A stretch of 42,785 nucleotides of DNA from a virus. The notes beneath the pieces are model-generated. The model did no database searches. It saw nothing but the letters and a program-made list of their open reading frames with translations, and was not told the origin of the DNA. Positions 32,626-42,660 of this stretch are shown here, one piece after another. The DNA is taken from the IMG/VR virus record IMGVR_UViG_3300030339_000091, one strand, 5' to 3'. How positions within the stretch are numbered: the stretch's first letter is position 1; the number at the start of each line of letters is the position of its first letter. The position numbers were made by a program, and so were the translations under genes.

Positions 32626-32952
32626 ATGAATGAAATTAAAACAAAAGAACAGCTTTGCAAAGAGCAACTTACTCAGCAACCTAGTTTTATAGATTCATTA
32701 AGCTTTACCGAAGGTTTTATGTCTGCTTTAGAATTTGGTAATCCGTGGATAGATTTAGATACATCGCTCCCTGAAGAAAATGAATGCCTTCTAGATAATT
32801 CAATAGAAGATTTAAAACGAACAGTAAAAGTTCTTGCAATGACCGAAACAGGATCAGTTATTGATTCTACCAGAGTTTATTGCATTGATGGAAAATGGGA
32901 TTGGTGTCCAACAATTTCCGATGAGGAATTTATAAAATGGAGGTTATTATGA
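32626..32952 (+). CDS. Hypothetical protein (108 aa)
   Basis: ATG ORF. Confidence 0.55.
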   Translation: MNEIKTKEQLCKEQLTQQPSFIDSLSFTEGFMSALEFGNPWIDLDTSLPEENECLLDNSIEDLKRTVKVLAMTETGSVIDSTRVYCIDGKWDWCPTISDEEFIKWRLL

Positions 32953-33191
32953 AAGCAACAATCTACAGTACCAAAAAAATTGTAATGATCAAACCCTCTC
33001 CATTATCCGACGGAGTACCGGCACGGGTATGGGAAGGAGAAACCGAAAGCGGAATTAAAATTCATTGCTACATAACACGGGTAGCCATTGATATCGACGA
33101 ACCCAGAGCCGATGAGTTTTCTGCCGAATTAGAAGAATGTAGAGCGCCATCGGTTGAAGTTAGTAATTTGCCTTTAAGCTTGATATTATGA
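32949..33191 (+). CDS. Hypothetical protein (80 aa)
   Basis: The ATG at 32949 follows GGAGG and overlaps the upstream stop as ATGA. Confidence 0.5.
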   Translation: MKATIYSTKKIVMIKPSPLSDGVPARVWEGETESGIKIHCYITRVAIDIDEPRADEFSAELEECRAPSVEVSNLPLSLIL

Positions 33192-33424
33192 TAACCGGAC
33201 TTAACGGGTGCAGTTGTCACCCTTTCACAAGTTGGGAAGAATGCGAAAAAGCCCACCGACAAAAATTTAAAGTCGATGATCCTGTAAAAAATCGATGTAC
33301 CGAACGTGAAGGAACAATCGATAAAATTGAGAAACAATCCGGATATGTTTCGGTAAAATATGGACCAATACCGCACGATATTGAAGGCGAACATGTAGCA
33401 CAATTAATTAGAATAGAAAAATGA
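33188..33424 (+). CDS. Hypothetical protein (78 aa)
   Basis: ATGA overlap with the upstream gene. Confidence 0.5.
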   Translation: MITGLNGCSCHPFTSWEECEKAHRQKFKVDDPVKNRCTEREGTIDKIEKQSGYVSVKYGPIPHDIEGEHVAQLIRIEK

Positions 33425-33930
33425 AAAACTCCATTTTAGAATTATTCAAAGCATACGAGCGCGAAACCGAATGGGACGGCAATGCTATTCCCGAATCAAT
33501 GTGTAAAGCTTTAGCAAATGATATCGTAAAGTTGTTTCAGAATTACAAACCTAAACGGGTAGGAATCATTGGCGGTGGATTTCAAGGTTTCATTTGTGGA
33601 ATAGATGAGGCCGCAAGTATAGTAGGTTATCATATTGCACGCGAAAATTTAATTTCGGGACCTAGACTTCCTAATCAAGATGAATGGCCTGAACGAGAAG
33701 GAACAGCATTCGAAGATCAACTAAAAAAATTAGATTCGGAAGCGTTTCGCAGAGAATACCTTTTTGATTTCAATAACGAGCAAATTGTAAATAAATTTGA
33801 AGCATTAAATAAAGAAGCCAAAGAAGCCGCTTTAGCTTTTGAAAGTCTCGGAGAAAAAATGATTGATCATAGTTATCAAGAAAATAAAAAGCATAAAGGT
33901 CACGAACGACCCTATAAATATCACCGATAA
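33421..33930 (+). CDS. Hypothetical protein (169 aa)
   Basis: ATGA overlap with the upstream gene. Confidence 0.55.
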   Translation: MKNSILELFKAYERETEWDGNAIPESMCKALANDIVKLFQNYKPKRVGIIGGGFQGFICGIDEAASIVGYHIARENLISGPRLPNQDEWPEREGTAFEDQLKKLDSEAFRREYLFDFNNEQIVNKFEALNKEAKEAALAFESLGEKMIDHSYQENKKHKGHERPYKYHR

Positions 33931-33980
33931 TCCCATTGAATTTTTAATCAACTAACTAACCCACTAATATTGCAATTAAT

Positions 33981-34439
33981 ATGAGCGATTACAACGTTTA
34001 TCTGACAGTTCCCGAATACTTAGAGCAATGGATAACCCACACATTCGGAAATCCGGTACAACTCATTAAAGATTCTCCCGAAATGAGAACCCTAAATGAA
34101 TTGACCGTGAAACTGCCGTGTGATAAAATGCCTGATACCGGAGAAGGTTCCAATATCACAATACCAATTCCATATTTCAAGGGGAAAGACCCTGCCGTTT
34201 ACAACCACCTTTACGACAGTGGTAAAAATGCTATGGTTGAAAGTTTTTCTACTCTTTTCGATAAAAATCTATTTACCGAGATCACCGATTTGAAAAACGT
34301 TAATCTGAAACGCGCAACCTTAATTTATGCTTACATGGAAAAACACGGCATTGATGAAAAACATTGGGACACTGTGGCGCAACGTTGGCATCGACTCAAC
34401 CAAAAGTACGGCAAGAAAAAAAACATAAAAATCGCTTAA
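33981..34439 (+). CDS. Hypothetical protein (152 aa)
   Basis: ATG ORF. Confidence 0.55.
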   Translation: MSDYNVYLTVPEYLEQWITHTFGNPVQLIKDSPEMRTLNELTVKLPCDKMPDTGEGSNITIPIPYFKGKDPAVYNHLYDSGKNAMVESFSTLFDKNLFTEITDLKNVNLKRATLIYAYMEKHGIDEKHWDTVAQRWHRLNQKYGKKKNIKIA

Positions 34440-34544
34440 AATCACACTGACATTGAGCCCTGTTTTGTCGTAAATAAATACTTTCAATATTTTACTCATT
34501 ATTCGCACATTCAGCACTTTACGCACTTTTTTAAATGCAATATT

Positions 34545-34988
34545 ATGAATTCAAAAACACTTCCAACTATATTATTTGTCGAATATCTTCCGGTCGAAGA
34601 AATGACACTTTACCCAAAGAAATTTCTTTCACCTGGCGACACAACTTCCGCCATTGGCAACTGGACGAAACTAAAGTTAACCGACCCCGCTGGGTGTAAT
34701 ACAAGTCCGGAGCAAACTCCCAACGGATTAGTTTATACAACCAAAATCACCGGTGTAATTTCCGACGATCGCGAATCAAAACTTCAACACAAATTGCAAA
34801 CCCAATTCCATGCCTACCGGCTTACTGACGTGTACAAAAATAAATACCTGGTGGGAATTAACAAAAAGCCATTTCCAGAAATCATTTTTTCACCGGTGAA
34901 CGATGCTTCACCTTCCGGCATTCGAGCCATAAACTTTGAAATAACATGGGTTTCAACCCTTCCACCCATTGATATTGTTGAATTATAG
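34545..34988 (+). CDS. Hypothetical protein (147 aa), first gene of the head block
   Basis: ATG ORF upstream of the protease. Confidence 0.5.
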   Translation: MNSKTLPTILFVEYLPVEEMTLYPKKFLSPGDTTSAIGNWTKLKLTDPAGCNTSPEQTPNGLVYTTKITGVISDDRESKLQHKLQTQFHAYRLTDVYKNKYLVGINKKPFPEIIFSPVNDASPSGIRAINFEITWVSTLPPIDIVEL

Positions 34989-35054
34989 TCTTTTTTTCCT
35001 TCCCGTTATAGCCGTAAAGTTGCAGTGTATTTAAACCACATTGCAACTTTTTTT

Positions 35055-36098
35055 ATGTCTACACCTAACTACAACATTGATATTGACGGCTATATCGGCG
35101 ATGGTTCATATTCCAAGGAATATGTAAAATCTGTTTTGGATCAAAACAAAGGTAAAGCCGTAACCATGCGCATGAGTTCCGAAGGCGGTTCGCTAAAGCA
35201 CGGACTTGGTATTGCCGACCGAACAGGTGAACATGGCAACGTAAGTGCTTATCTGTACGGATTCAACGCTTCATCGGGAACTGTAGCAACATTGAAGTGC
35301 AAAATAGTCAAAGCAGCCAGCAATTCATTCTACCTAATTCATAAAGTGTCGAATCCGGTAATGGTTTTCAGCATGATGAATGCCGACGAAATGCGAGCAC
35401 TCATCACTGAGCTTGAAACCAATATCGAGGAAAACGATAAAGTAGATCGGGTAATTGCACAAATGTATTGCGACAAAACCGGTAAATCGGAAACAGAAAT
35501 ACTTGACTTAATGAAAAAAGGCGGTTGGCTAACGGCACAAGAAGCCAAAGACTGGGGATTCGTTGACGAAGTATTCCAATCGGTTGACAAAGTAAATATG
35601 AAAAACATGGAAAGCAAGCTGCTTGCATTTGGCTTACCCGTGAACGGCATAGATAAAGAAAATTTATTCACCAATCAAATTAATAATCAAATGAAAAAAC
35701 AATTTGAAAAAGTAAACACCGCGATTGGTGTTGACAAATTGGAATCGAGTAACGACGGAGTGTATCTGAACGAAACACAAATCGCATTACTTGACACCAA
35801 CATTGATACATTGGAAAAGTCAGTAGAAACTGAAAAAGCCAATGTAGTGACCGAAAAAGCACTGGTAACAGCTGCCGAAACTCGCGCTAATACCGCCGAA
35901 GGAACTGTGGCAACACAAGCAACTAAAATCACAGACCTTGAAACTCAAATCCTGAACCTAAACAAAGGAGCTGGGGCATCTGACAAAAAAGTCAACAAAG
36001 AAACCGACGACGATGGCGGTGATGGTGGCGAAGGTAATGACGAATTTATGAACACCGTTGCAAGTGCTCGTAAATTGTGGGATCAACTTCCTGAATAA
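35055..36098 (+). CDS. ClpP-like prohead protease fused to a coiled-coil scaffold domain
   Basis: GFNASSGTVA (Ser) and YLIHKVSNP (His) match a ClpP/S14-like pattern. The C-terminal half is coiled-coil with an acidic tail. The ATG at 35055 is preferred over the GTG at 35025. Confidence 0.7.
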   Translation: MSTPNYNIDIDGYIGDGSYSKEYVKSVLDQNKGKAVTMRMSSEGGSLKHGLGIADRTGEHGNVSAYLYGFNASSGTVATLKCKIVKAASNSFYLIHKVSNPVMVFSMMNADEMRALITELETNIEENDKVDRVIAQMYCDKTGKSETEILDLMKKGGWLTAQEAKDWGFVDEVFQSVDKVNMKNMESKLLAFGLPVNGIDKENLFTNQINNQMKKQFEKVNTAIGVDKLESSNDGVYLNETQIALLDTNIDTLEKSVETEKANVVTEKALVTAAETRANTAEGTVATQATKITDLETQILNLNKGAGASDKKVNKETDDDGGDGGEGNDEFMNTVASARKLWDQLPE

Positions 36099-36134
36099 AA
36101 AGAAATTATTCACTTTTAAAATAAATTTACTGCA

Positions 36135-37088
36135 ATGGTAGAAATAACCCCCGAAGCCTTAGCGCTTAGTGCCGCGAAATTTCGCAAAGATTTATTGATG
36201 ATGCCAGTGATTGCCTTGCAAAGCTCATTGGTTCACATGTCGCTCCGTATTGGCATACGTGGCAAAGAAACGGTAGGTCAATTAGATGGAGACATTGAAA
36301 TTGGGCCTTACGATCCTAGAAGAGTTGACCAAACTGGTGTTGGCATCAAAGGTCGCAGTCTTGAAACTTTCTTTGGTTCGGTAATCAAAGAGTTTGAACC
36401 AAACTCAGTGGCTAAATCCATTTATGGTGATGCTGTACTTTCAGGTCAAGGCTTGGCAACTACAGCCATTACACAATTGGTATTAGCGTTTTTGGCTAAG
36501 AAAATCTCTCAAGGGATTAATAAAGTGCTTTGGTCAGCTGTTCGTAACGATGCCGGTACCACTACTGCAACATTGTTCAACGGATTTGACACAATCACAG
36601 CTGCTGACATTGTTGCCGGTAATATCTCAGTTGCCAAAGGTAACTTGTATGAATTTACAGATGCAATTTCGGTAAACAATGCTGTCGATCGATTGAAAGC
36701 AATTGATGAAGCATGTTCTGACGAGTTACAGGATGAACCTCGCAAAATGTTCATTTCAAAAACTGTCAAAAAAATGTATGAAAAATGTTATCAGGCAGAA
36801 AACAGCGCACTTCCTTATAACAAAGAATTCAAAAAGACATTTTTGGAAGGTTCAGACGATTTGTGCGAGTTGGTAGCATTACCAAACAAGAAGACCTCAC
36901 CTTACATTCATGTAACTACCAAAGGCAATATGCTTGTTGGTGTAGATCAGCAAGGTGACACTGAAAAAATCACTGTTGAAAAACATGCTGCTTTTGTTCT
37001 TCAGTTCATTATGGCCATGTTCTTTGGTGTTCAATTTGAAACTGTAAGCCCTGAAAGGTTGATGGTTGCGAAACTATTTGTAGGTTAA
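36135..37088 (+). CDS. Major capsid protein (HK97-fold inferred)
   Basis: 317 aa, immediately after the protease-scaffold. Called from size and position. Confidence 0.6.
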   Translation: MVEITPEALALSAAKFRKDLLMMPVIALQSSLVHMSLRIGIRGKETVGQLDGDIEIGPYDPRRVDQTGVGIKGRSLETFFGSVIKEFEPNSVAKSIYGDAVLSGQGLATTAITQLVLAFLAKKISQGINKVLWSAVRNDAGTTTATLFNGFDTITAADIVAGNISVAKGNLYEFTDAISVNNAVDRLKAIDEACSDELQDEPRKMFISKTVKKMYEKCYQAENSALPYNKEFKKTFLEGSDDLCELVALPNKKTSPYIHVTTKGNMLVGVDQQGDTEKITVEKHAAFVLQFIMAMFFGVQFETVSPERLMVAKLFVG

Positions 37089-37121
37089 TTATTCACCTTA
37101 AAAACATAGGAGAAATACATT

Positions 37122-37679
37122 ATGAGTATCAAATATAAAGCCCTCGATTGGGCAGTGGGAACCACAAATCTTCCCGGTATCAAAGAAGATGTTTACGCTA
37201 TCGCCAAACGCGATATCGTAGCATGGCCTACGCTTCCGGCAGCATTTGTAACGAATATGGGTGAGCTGGTCATTTATGTTGGCAATTTCACGTTAGCTGC
37301 GTTGGCTAAATGGCAACGTGTTGGTATTATCGTTGACAAATCACCGGTTGACGGAAAGAGCCAAGGCGTTCGCCCAAGCAAAACGTTCTTGAATCAGGTT
37401 GTTTTACAACACCCCGGAGTGGAGGAAGATGCATCAGGTTTCTGTATGCAAGCCAATAACGATGATTTAGTTTATTTGGTGCAAACCAAAAAAGGTAAAT
37501 GGCGTGTTATCGGTAATGACATGTATCAGACCGATACAGTTATCGACCAGAAACTCGGCGGAGCTGCTACCGACGAAATGGGAACTACCCTGACCGTTAC
37601 CGTTACCGACCTTGCACCTGGTCTGTTTTACACAGGCGAGATTGTAACCGAAGATGGTATTATCAATCCAGGCGTGTAA
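37122..37679 (+). CDS. Abundant structural protein candidate (185 aa)
   Basis: Preceded by AGGAGA. It follows the MCP and is followed by a strong terminator. Confidence 0.35.
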   Translation: MSIKYKALDWAVGTTNLPGIKEDVYAIAKRDIVAWPTLPAAFVTNMGELVIYVGNFTLAALAKWQRVGIIVDKSPVDGKSQGVRPSKTFLNQVVLQHPGVEEDASGFCMQANNDDLVYLVQTKKGKWRVIGNDMYQTDTVIDQKLGGAATDEMGTTLTVTVTDLAPGLFYTGEIVTEDGIINPGV

Positions 37680-37702
37680 CCGATAACCACAGACAATTCC
37701 TC

Positions 37703-37740
37703 ACACCCTCGTAATTCAGTTTACGAGGGTGTTTTGTTTC
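37703..37740 (+). terminator. Strong intrinsic terminator after the capsid genes
   Basis: acaccctcgtaa / ttacgagggtgt (12 bp) followed by tttgtttc. Confidence 0.85.
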
Positions 37741-37848
37741 GGGATGTTGGAGTTCCGACTCCGACAAAATATCTGTCTTTTTCTAGGTAATTACCCATAA
37801 TTACTTTCGTAATGCTTAAAATAAATAACCCCATAAACATTCTAAAAA

Positions 37849-38883
37849 ATGAGTAATGAAAAGACTTATGTAGACAAAGTGAACGATTGGCTAAATGCTG
37901 ATCCTACCACCCGCACCATCGAAGAAGGTGCAACATTGATGCTTCAAGGTAATCGAAACAGAACCTTACACCAAAATGTAATTCACCGTAAAAACTTTGA
38001 CAAAGTTGTTTACGAGCTCGAAAAAATCATTGACGGTCAAAGAGTATTCCCTGAACCCGTAAATGAGGCAGTTCAACAACTGGAGGTAAATCTTCCGATC
38101 ACAATGGCCGGAATCGAAAGCATTTTATCCGGAGAAAGTAAAGGTAAACGTGCCGATCATGACACATTACCAACCGATATCCAAGCTATCTATGACAAGA
38201 ACCGCGAAATCTATCCACAATTACGTGGTATTCACGAACGATTGAAAGTTTTGAATGAAGTAGGAACTGCAGAACAAAGACTTCCTTTCCTTACCGAATT
38301 ATTATCGCTCGATGAACTACTTCGTACTAATTGGCAGGCATACGACACTTTCGATGCAAATGCACCGGTGATAGCAAAAGTTGAGAATGTACCAGGTAAC
38401 TTGAGTGGAAAACAAGTTTCTGCAGCTCGCAAATATCTGAGCGATAACAAAGCTAAATTGACCACTTTAATTGCCGACGGTAAGGCTGAAAAAGCTGCTG
38501 AGCTATTGGATAAAATGCAGGTTCGTTTTAATGAATTAGTATTGAATGGTGACACTTTTGCACCTGATCAGTTGGCAGAACTAAAAGCTCTGGGCATTAT
38601 TGCAGCTACTACCGAAGAAACCAAAACCGAACCGGTTACCGATACTCCAGTAATTACTGAAGGCGAAGAAGTGATTCCACCTGCAGGTGAAAATACCGAA
38701 GAAACTCCGGAAGAAAATCTGATTAGCCAAATCAAAACGCTGTTGAAAAACAACATTGAAGAAAAGGAAATAATCAAAACTATTTATTCCCTTGGTAATT
38801 TCAGAGGACTAGAACTTACACCCGATGTTGTGATAAGCCTAATCAACAAAGCAGTTGATCAAGAAATCAATTCAGTTGAGTAA
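37849..38883 (+). CDS. Hypothetical protein (344 aa) with an acidic Thr/Glu/Pro-rich linker
   Basis: ATG ORF. Confidence 0.55.
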   Translation: MSNEKTYVDKVNDWLNADPTTRTIEEGATLMLQGNRNRTLHQNVIHRKNFDKVVYELEKIIDGQRVFPEPVNEAVQQLEVNLPITMAGIESILSGESKGKRADHDTLPTDIQAIYDKNREIYPQLRGIHERLKVLNEVGTAEQRLPFLTELLSLDELLRTNWQAYDTFDANAPVIAKVENVPGNLSGKQVSAARKYLSDNKAKLTTLIADGKAEKAAELLDKMQVRFNELVLNGDTFAPDQLAELKALGIIAATTEETKTEPVTDTPVITEGEEVIPPAGENTEETPEENLISQIKTLLKNNIEEKEIIKTIYSLGNFRGLELTPDVVISLINKAVDQEINSVE

Positions 38884-39352
38884 AGTTGATCAAATATTGA
38901 AACCTATAGGCCCCGATTATGTCGGGGCTTATTTAAATACCGGCATACAACTCTACGATTTGATTGAATGGACTTTGCAGCAAATTGGAAAATCCGATAT
39001 CACTATCATGACATTCAGTATTTCCGAAGAATTTATCCGAAAAATATGGATGCTCAGGGAGATGGGATTAATCGGTAAAGTCACCCTGATACTCGATTTT
39101 AAAGCGATCCAAAAAACACAGCAGCTGATCCGATTTGCGCAAAATGTATTCAGCGATATCCATTTTTCAAAAACTCATGCAAAGGTAGTTTTGATTCAAT
39201 CTTCCAAGTACCAGGTATCAATCACCGGTAGTCAAAATTGTACCCGTGGGAATCGCGAAGAAAGCGGAATAGTTACAACGGATCCACAAATCAATAAAAA
39301 ATTACAGACTGAAATACAACGTATTATCGAAAATGGAATACACAGGGGATGA
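38855..39352 (+). CDS. Phospholipase D-like (Nuc-type) single-HKD-domain protein
   Basis: THAKVVLIQSSKYQVSITGSQNCTRGN resembles H.K....D......GS.N, with Q in place of D. The start is uncertain. Confidence 0.5.
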   Translation: MIKKSIQLSKVDQILKPIGPDYVGAYLNTGIQLYDLIEWTLQQIGKSDITIMTFSISEEFIRKIWMLREMGLIGKVTLILDFKAIQKTQQLIRFAQNVFSDIHFSKTHAKVVLIQSSKYQVSITGSQNCTRGNREESGIVTTDPQINKKLQTEIQRIIENGIHRG

Positions 39353-39614
39353 ACTGCAAAAAATAAGTGAATATGCCGGGCTATTGATGACAATAACCGA
39401 TATCGCTGTACTCATGGATATTGACGAAGATGAATTGCGTAGCGATATAGCTTGTAAATCAACTGAAGTTTCAAAGGTTTATCGGTTGAGTAAAGCCAAT
39501 ACTATTCTTGATATTCGCCGGCAGGAAATGGCACTTGCAAAACTAGGATCACCCGTAAGCATTGAGTTAACTCAACAATACATTATCGAACAAAAACTCA
39601 ACGAAAATGAGTAA
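39333..39614 (+). CDS. Small HTH protein, possible terminase small subunit
   Basis: 93 aa with an HTH-like segment (ITDIAVLMDIDEDELRSDI), two genes upstream of TerL. Confidence 0.3.
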   Translation: MEYTGDELQKISEYAGLLMTITDIAVLMDIDEDELRSDIACKSTEVSKVYRLSKANTILDIRRQEMALAKLGSPVSIELTQQYIIEQKLNENE

Positions 39615-40197
39615 AAAACAGACATACGATATTTGTGTACAGCATCTTTATGATGATGTAGACAAATTGGTTCACCTGGCACCTCAGGTTCGTGACCGGT
39701 TGCTTCGCATCAGATCAGCTTATACACTCATGCAGGAATATCCCAGCAAGGCCGATCGGGAAATAATTCAGCACATTCAAAATATAAGCGGAGTTGAACG
39801 GTCAGCAGCTTACGAGGATTTACGCATTATCAAAGATTTGCTCGGTTCTATCAATCGGCAATCAAAAGACTGGCACCGGTTCAAGTTTAATAATCAAATT
39901 CAAAAAGCATACGATAGAGCTGACCTAAAGAATGACCCGGACTCCATGGTTAAGGCAATGAACGTATATGCAAAATATAACCAGTTGGACAAAGAAGATG
40001 CTGAGCGCATTCCGTGGGAAGATTTAATTCCTCAAAATTTCGAGCCTACAGAAGACCCAACGATTTTAGGTATTAAGCCGATCGCAAATATCCGTGAGAA
40101 AATTGCAGCCATGAAAAAGAAATACATGAACGAAATTGAGGATGTGACCTACGACGAAATTGATATTGCCAAACTGGAAGAATATGCCGATAAATAA
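39607..40197 (+). CDS. Hypothetical protein (196 aa) upstream of TerL
   Basis: ATG ORF overlapping both neighbours. Confidence 0.55.
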   Translation: MSKKQTYDICVQHLYDDVDKLVHLAPQVRDRLLRIRSAYTLMQEYPSKADREIIQHIQNISGVERSAAYEDLRIIKDLLGSINRQSKDWHRFKFNNQIQKAYDRADLKNDPDSMVKAMNVYAKYNQLDKEDAERIPWEDLIPQNFEPTEDPTILGIKPIANIREKIAAMKKKYMNEIEDVTYDEIDIAKLEEYADK

Positions 40198-41851
40198 AGA
40201 GCCTCAAAAAGTATATTTTAATGCCGCTCAGCAACAAGTTATGTTTCGGGGGTGCAATACCGTCGTTGTAGTAGGTGGTCGTCGCTTAGGCAAGTCACAC
40301 GGCATTGTAGCACCCTTTCTTTTACGCAATATTCAACGAATGCCCGGCGGTAAGCATGGGATCGTTGCAAGTACATTCCAACAAGCACTTACCAGAACAT
40401 TGCCAGGAACATTAGAAGCATTCGACAGCTGGGGGTTCAAACGCAATGTTCACTACGTTATCGGCCGAAAACCTGAGAAGTCGCTACATTTTGCAAAGCC
40501 AATTACTGAACCTGCAAGTTACGATAATACGATTAGCGTTTATAATGGTTCAATTTGTCCAATAATTTCGCAAGATGTCGTTGGTTCGTCCAACTCACAG
40601 ACTTTTGACTCCGTAACTTGTGACGAAGCTAAATTTCTGAACTTTGAAAAGCTGAATAACGAAACCTTTCCAGCTAATGGAGGAACAACCGCACATTTCG
40701 GGCATTTGCCGTACCACCATTCAATGCTAATCGTGTCCGACATGCCAACGACCAAAAAAGGCAGTTGGTTCCTGAATTACGAAGGAAAATGCGATCCGGA
40801 ACTTATCGAACAAATTGATGGAATTATCTATGAAAAGTGGAGAATCCTCAATAAACTCAAAGAATTCCAGGCCAAAGGCATTCAGCCAAAAGCGTACTTA
40901 TTTGACTATTACCGTACATTATGCCGCGATTTAGCTCAGTTTCAGAAACTTGCAGTTGATTACAACGTATTTAGTTCTATTGAAAACCTTCAGGTACTGG
41001 GCGAAAACTACATCAAGCAAATGAAACGCGACTTACCGCCATTGGTATTCCAGACTTCAATACTTTGCAAGCGTGTAGGATTGCTTAAAGATGGCTTCTA
41101 CAACTGCCTGAAAGAAGTGGATCATTACTACACGGCATTTGATAACTCATACCTTCAGAACCTGGACTATGACTTTGATAAGGCTAAGAACATGACGTGT
41201 CTTCAGGATGGGGATGTGGATAAGAACGCCCCAATATGTATAGCGTTCGATTATAATGCAAATATCAATTGGATAGTTGCCGGACAACGCCAAGGCATAC
41301 GTATGAAGACAATCAAATCATTCTTTGTGAAGTACAATCGTAAGCTAGTAGAGTTAGTCAATGACTTTTGCAAATATTATGAGCCACACAAATGTCATGA
41401 GGTTGTGTATTATTACGATTCAACAGCACTCAACAGTAACTATGCAGTTAATGACAAAGACTTTGCAACAGTAATCATTGACACGTTCAAGAAAAACAAG
41501 TGGATAGTAAAACCTATGTACACTGGTAAGCCAATGAGTCATATGGAAAAACACAATCTAATCAACATGTCATTCAAAGGTCAGAGCTTCGAGGGTAAGC
41601 AACTACTATTCCCTATGATCAATAAGAACAACAACGAAGCGTTGGTAATAGCCATGGAGCAAACAGGAATCTATCAGGGACCGGAAGGATTCAAGAAAGA
41701 TAAGAGAGGTGAAAAGCTGGCAGAGAGTGACGAAGATTTGAGTGAACACCGTACCGATGGCACCGATGCTTGGGATAATCTATGGATTGGAATGAACTAT
41801 TTCCCTCACGAAAACTCATTCAGTGGTGGGCTTATCAGTTCATTTGTGTAA
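40184..41851 (+). CDS. Terminase large subunit
   Basis: Walker A VVVGGRRLGKSHG. Walker B VTCDEAKF. A C-terminal nuclease-like Asp lies in AFDYNANINW. The ATG at 40184 is preferred over the TTG at 40160. Confidence 0.8.
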   Translation: MPINKEPQKVYFNAAQQQVMFRGCNTVVVVGGRRLGKSHGIVAPFLLRNIQRMPGGKHGIVASTFQQALTRTLPGTLEAFDSWGFKRNVHYVIGRKPEKSLHFAKPITEPASYDNTISVYNGSICPIISQDVVGSSNSQTFDSVTCDEAKFLNFEKLNNETFPANGGTTAHFGHLPYHHSMLIVSDMPTTKKGSWFLNYEGKCDPELIEQIDGIIYEKWRILNKLKEFQAKGIQPKAYLFDYYRTLCRDLAQFQKLAVDYNVFSSIENLQVLGENYIKQMKRDLPPLVFQTSILCKRVGLLKDGFYNCLKEVDHYYTAFDNSYLQNLDYDFDKAKNMTCLQDGDVDKNAPICIAFDYNANINWIVAGQRQGIRMKTIKSFFVKYNRKLVELVNDFCKYYEPHKCHEVVYYYDSTALNSNYAVNDKDFATVIIDTFKKNKWIVKPMYTGKPMSHMEKHNLINMSFKGQSFEGKQLLFPMINKNNNEALVIAMEQTGIYQGPEGFKKDKRGEKLAESDEDLSEHRTDGTDAWDNLWIGMNYFPHENSFSGGLISSFV

Positions 41852-41870
41852 TTACTTATTCTCATTCATG

Positions 41871-41901
41871 AAACCACTGGCGTAATGTCAGTGGTTTTTT
41901 T
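41871..41901 (+). terminator. Intrinsic terminator after TerL
   Basis: aaaccactg / cagtggttt followed by ttttt. Confidence 0.8.
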
Positions 41902-42120
41902 ATGCAATGTAATCTAATACCAAAATCAATCGCTTTGCTCAATCATTTTGTAGGTATTTGAGAGGTCATTACCGATATAATTTTGGGAATACCAAAATTT
42001 TAACCGTAATGTGCGTATTACCACCCGTTTTTGTTAATAATACCCCATTTTCGAGACGTTTATTAACATTGCGAGCATATAACGCCATTTTTCGGGGTTG
42101 GTAATTACAAACGAGCGAGA

Positions 42121-42133
42121 GGGCGGGGCGGGG
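42121..42133. other. Isolated GC-rich island GGGCGGGGCGGGG in an AT-rich non-coding region (cos-site candidate)
   Basis: Read directly. It is a striking compositional outlier downstream of the terminase genes. Confidence 0.25.
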
Positions 42134-42460
42134 TCAGTTGACATAAACAAACCTTAAAAAAAGGTTCTCGAAGTCCGTTTTTGTTGATTTATAGTGATAT
42201 AGGTATCTAAAAGGCGGAAAACACCCACAAAACGCCAACAAAACAACCCGAAAATGATTGGTAATTCTATGCGGATAAAGCATTTATCTATGATTCCGAT
42301 TTTTGAAATTTGAATAGTGCCAAAATCATATTTCCAAAATTTGAAAAATGTATTTTATAAATTACTTTTTCTTTTATATTCTTCTTATATTACACATTAT
42401 CATTATGTTATATGTAATATTAAGAAAAAGATATAATAAGGGCAAAAAATATGTTTTTCG

Positions 42461-42660
42461 CTTACTACCTTACTACCTTACTATTTTTGTTTGTATTCAT
42501 TTGAAATACAATAGTTTAAAAGGTAGTAACCATTTAGAAAAAATGCTTTGAAATGGTTACTACTTGTTACTATTTAAAAATGCTTACTACCTTGTTTTGT
42601 TATATAAATGTATGATATATAGACTTATATGTTTATATAGTAGGTAGTAAGTAAAAAGTA
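42461..42660. repeat. Iteron array, TTACTACC and its reverse complement
   Basis: Direct copies at 42462, 42470 and 42584. Inverted copies (GGTAGTAA) at 42522 and 42643. Variants at 42557, 42567 and 42478. One more copy lies at 219..226 across the circular junction. A 13-bp perfect inverted repeat gtagtaaccattt/aaatggttactac spans 42523..42563. Confidence 0.75.

Noticed and set aside
42119-42133. G-quadruplex at gaGGGcGGGGcGGGG
   Set aside because: Only three G-tracts are present; a canonical intramolecular G4 needs four. It is kept only as a cos-site candidate.
42270-42278. DnaA-box-like TGCGGATAA near the iterons
   Set aside because: It is a single copy with one mismatch to the TGTGGATAA consensus, and that consensus may not apply to the presumed host.
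42348-42551. 67-aa ORF (MYFINYFFFYILLILHIIIM...)
   Set aside because: It is a low-complexity translation of AT-rich DNA. It overlaps the iteron array and has no plausible start context. I treat it as non-coding.
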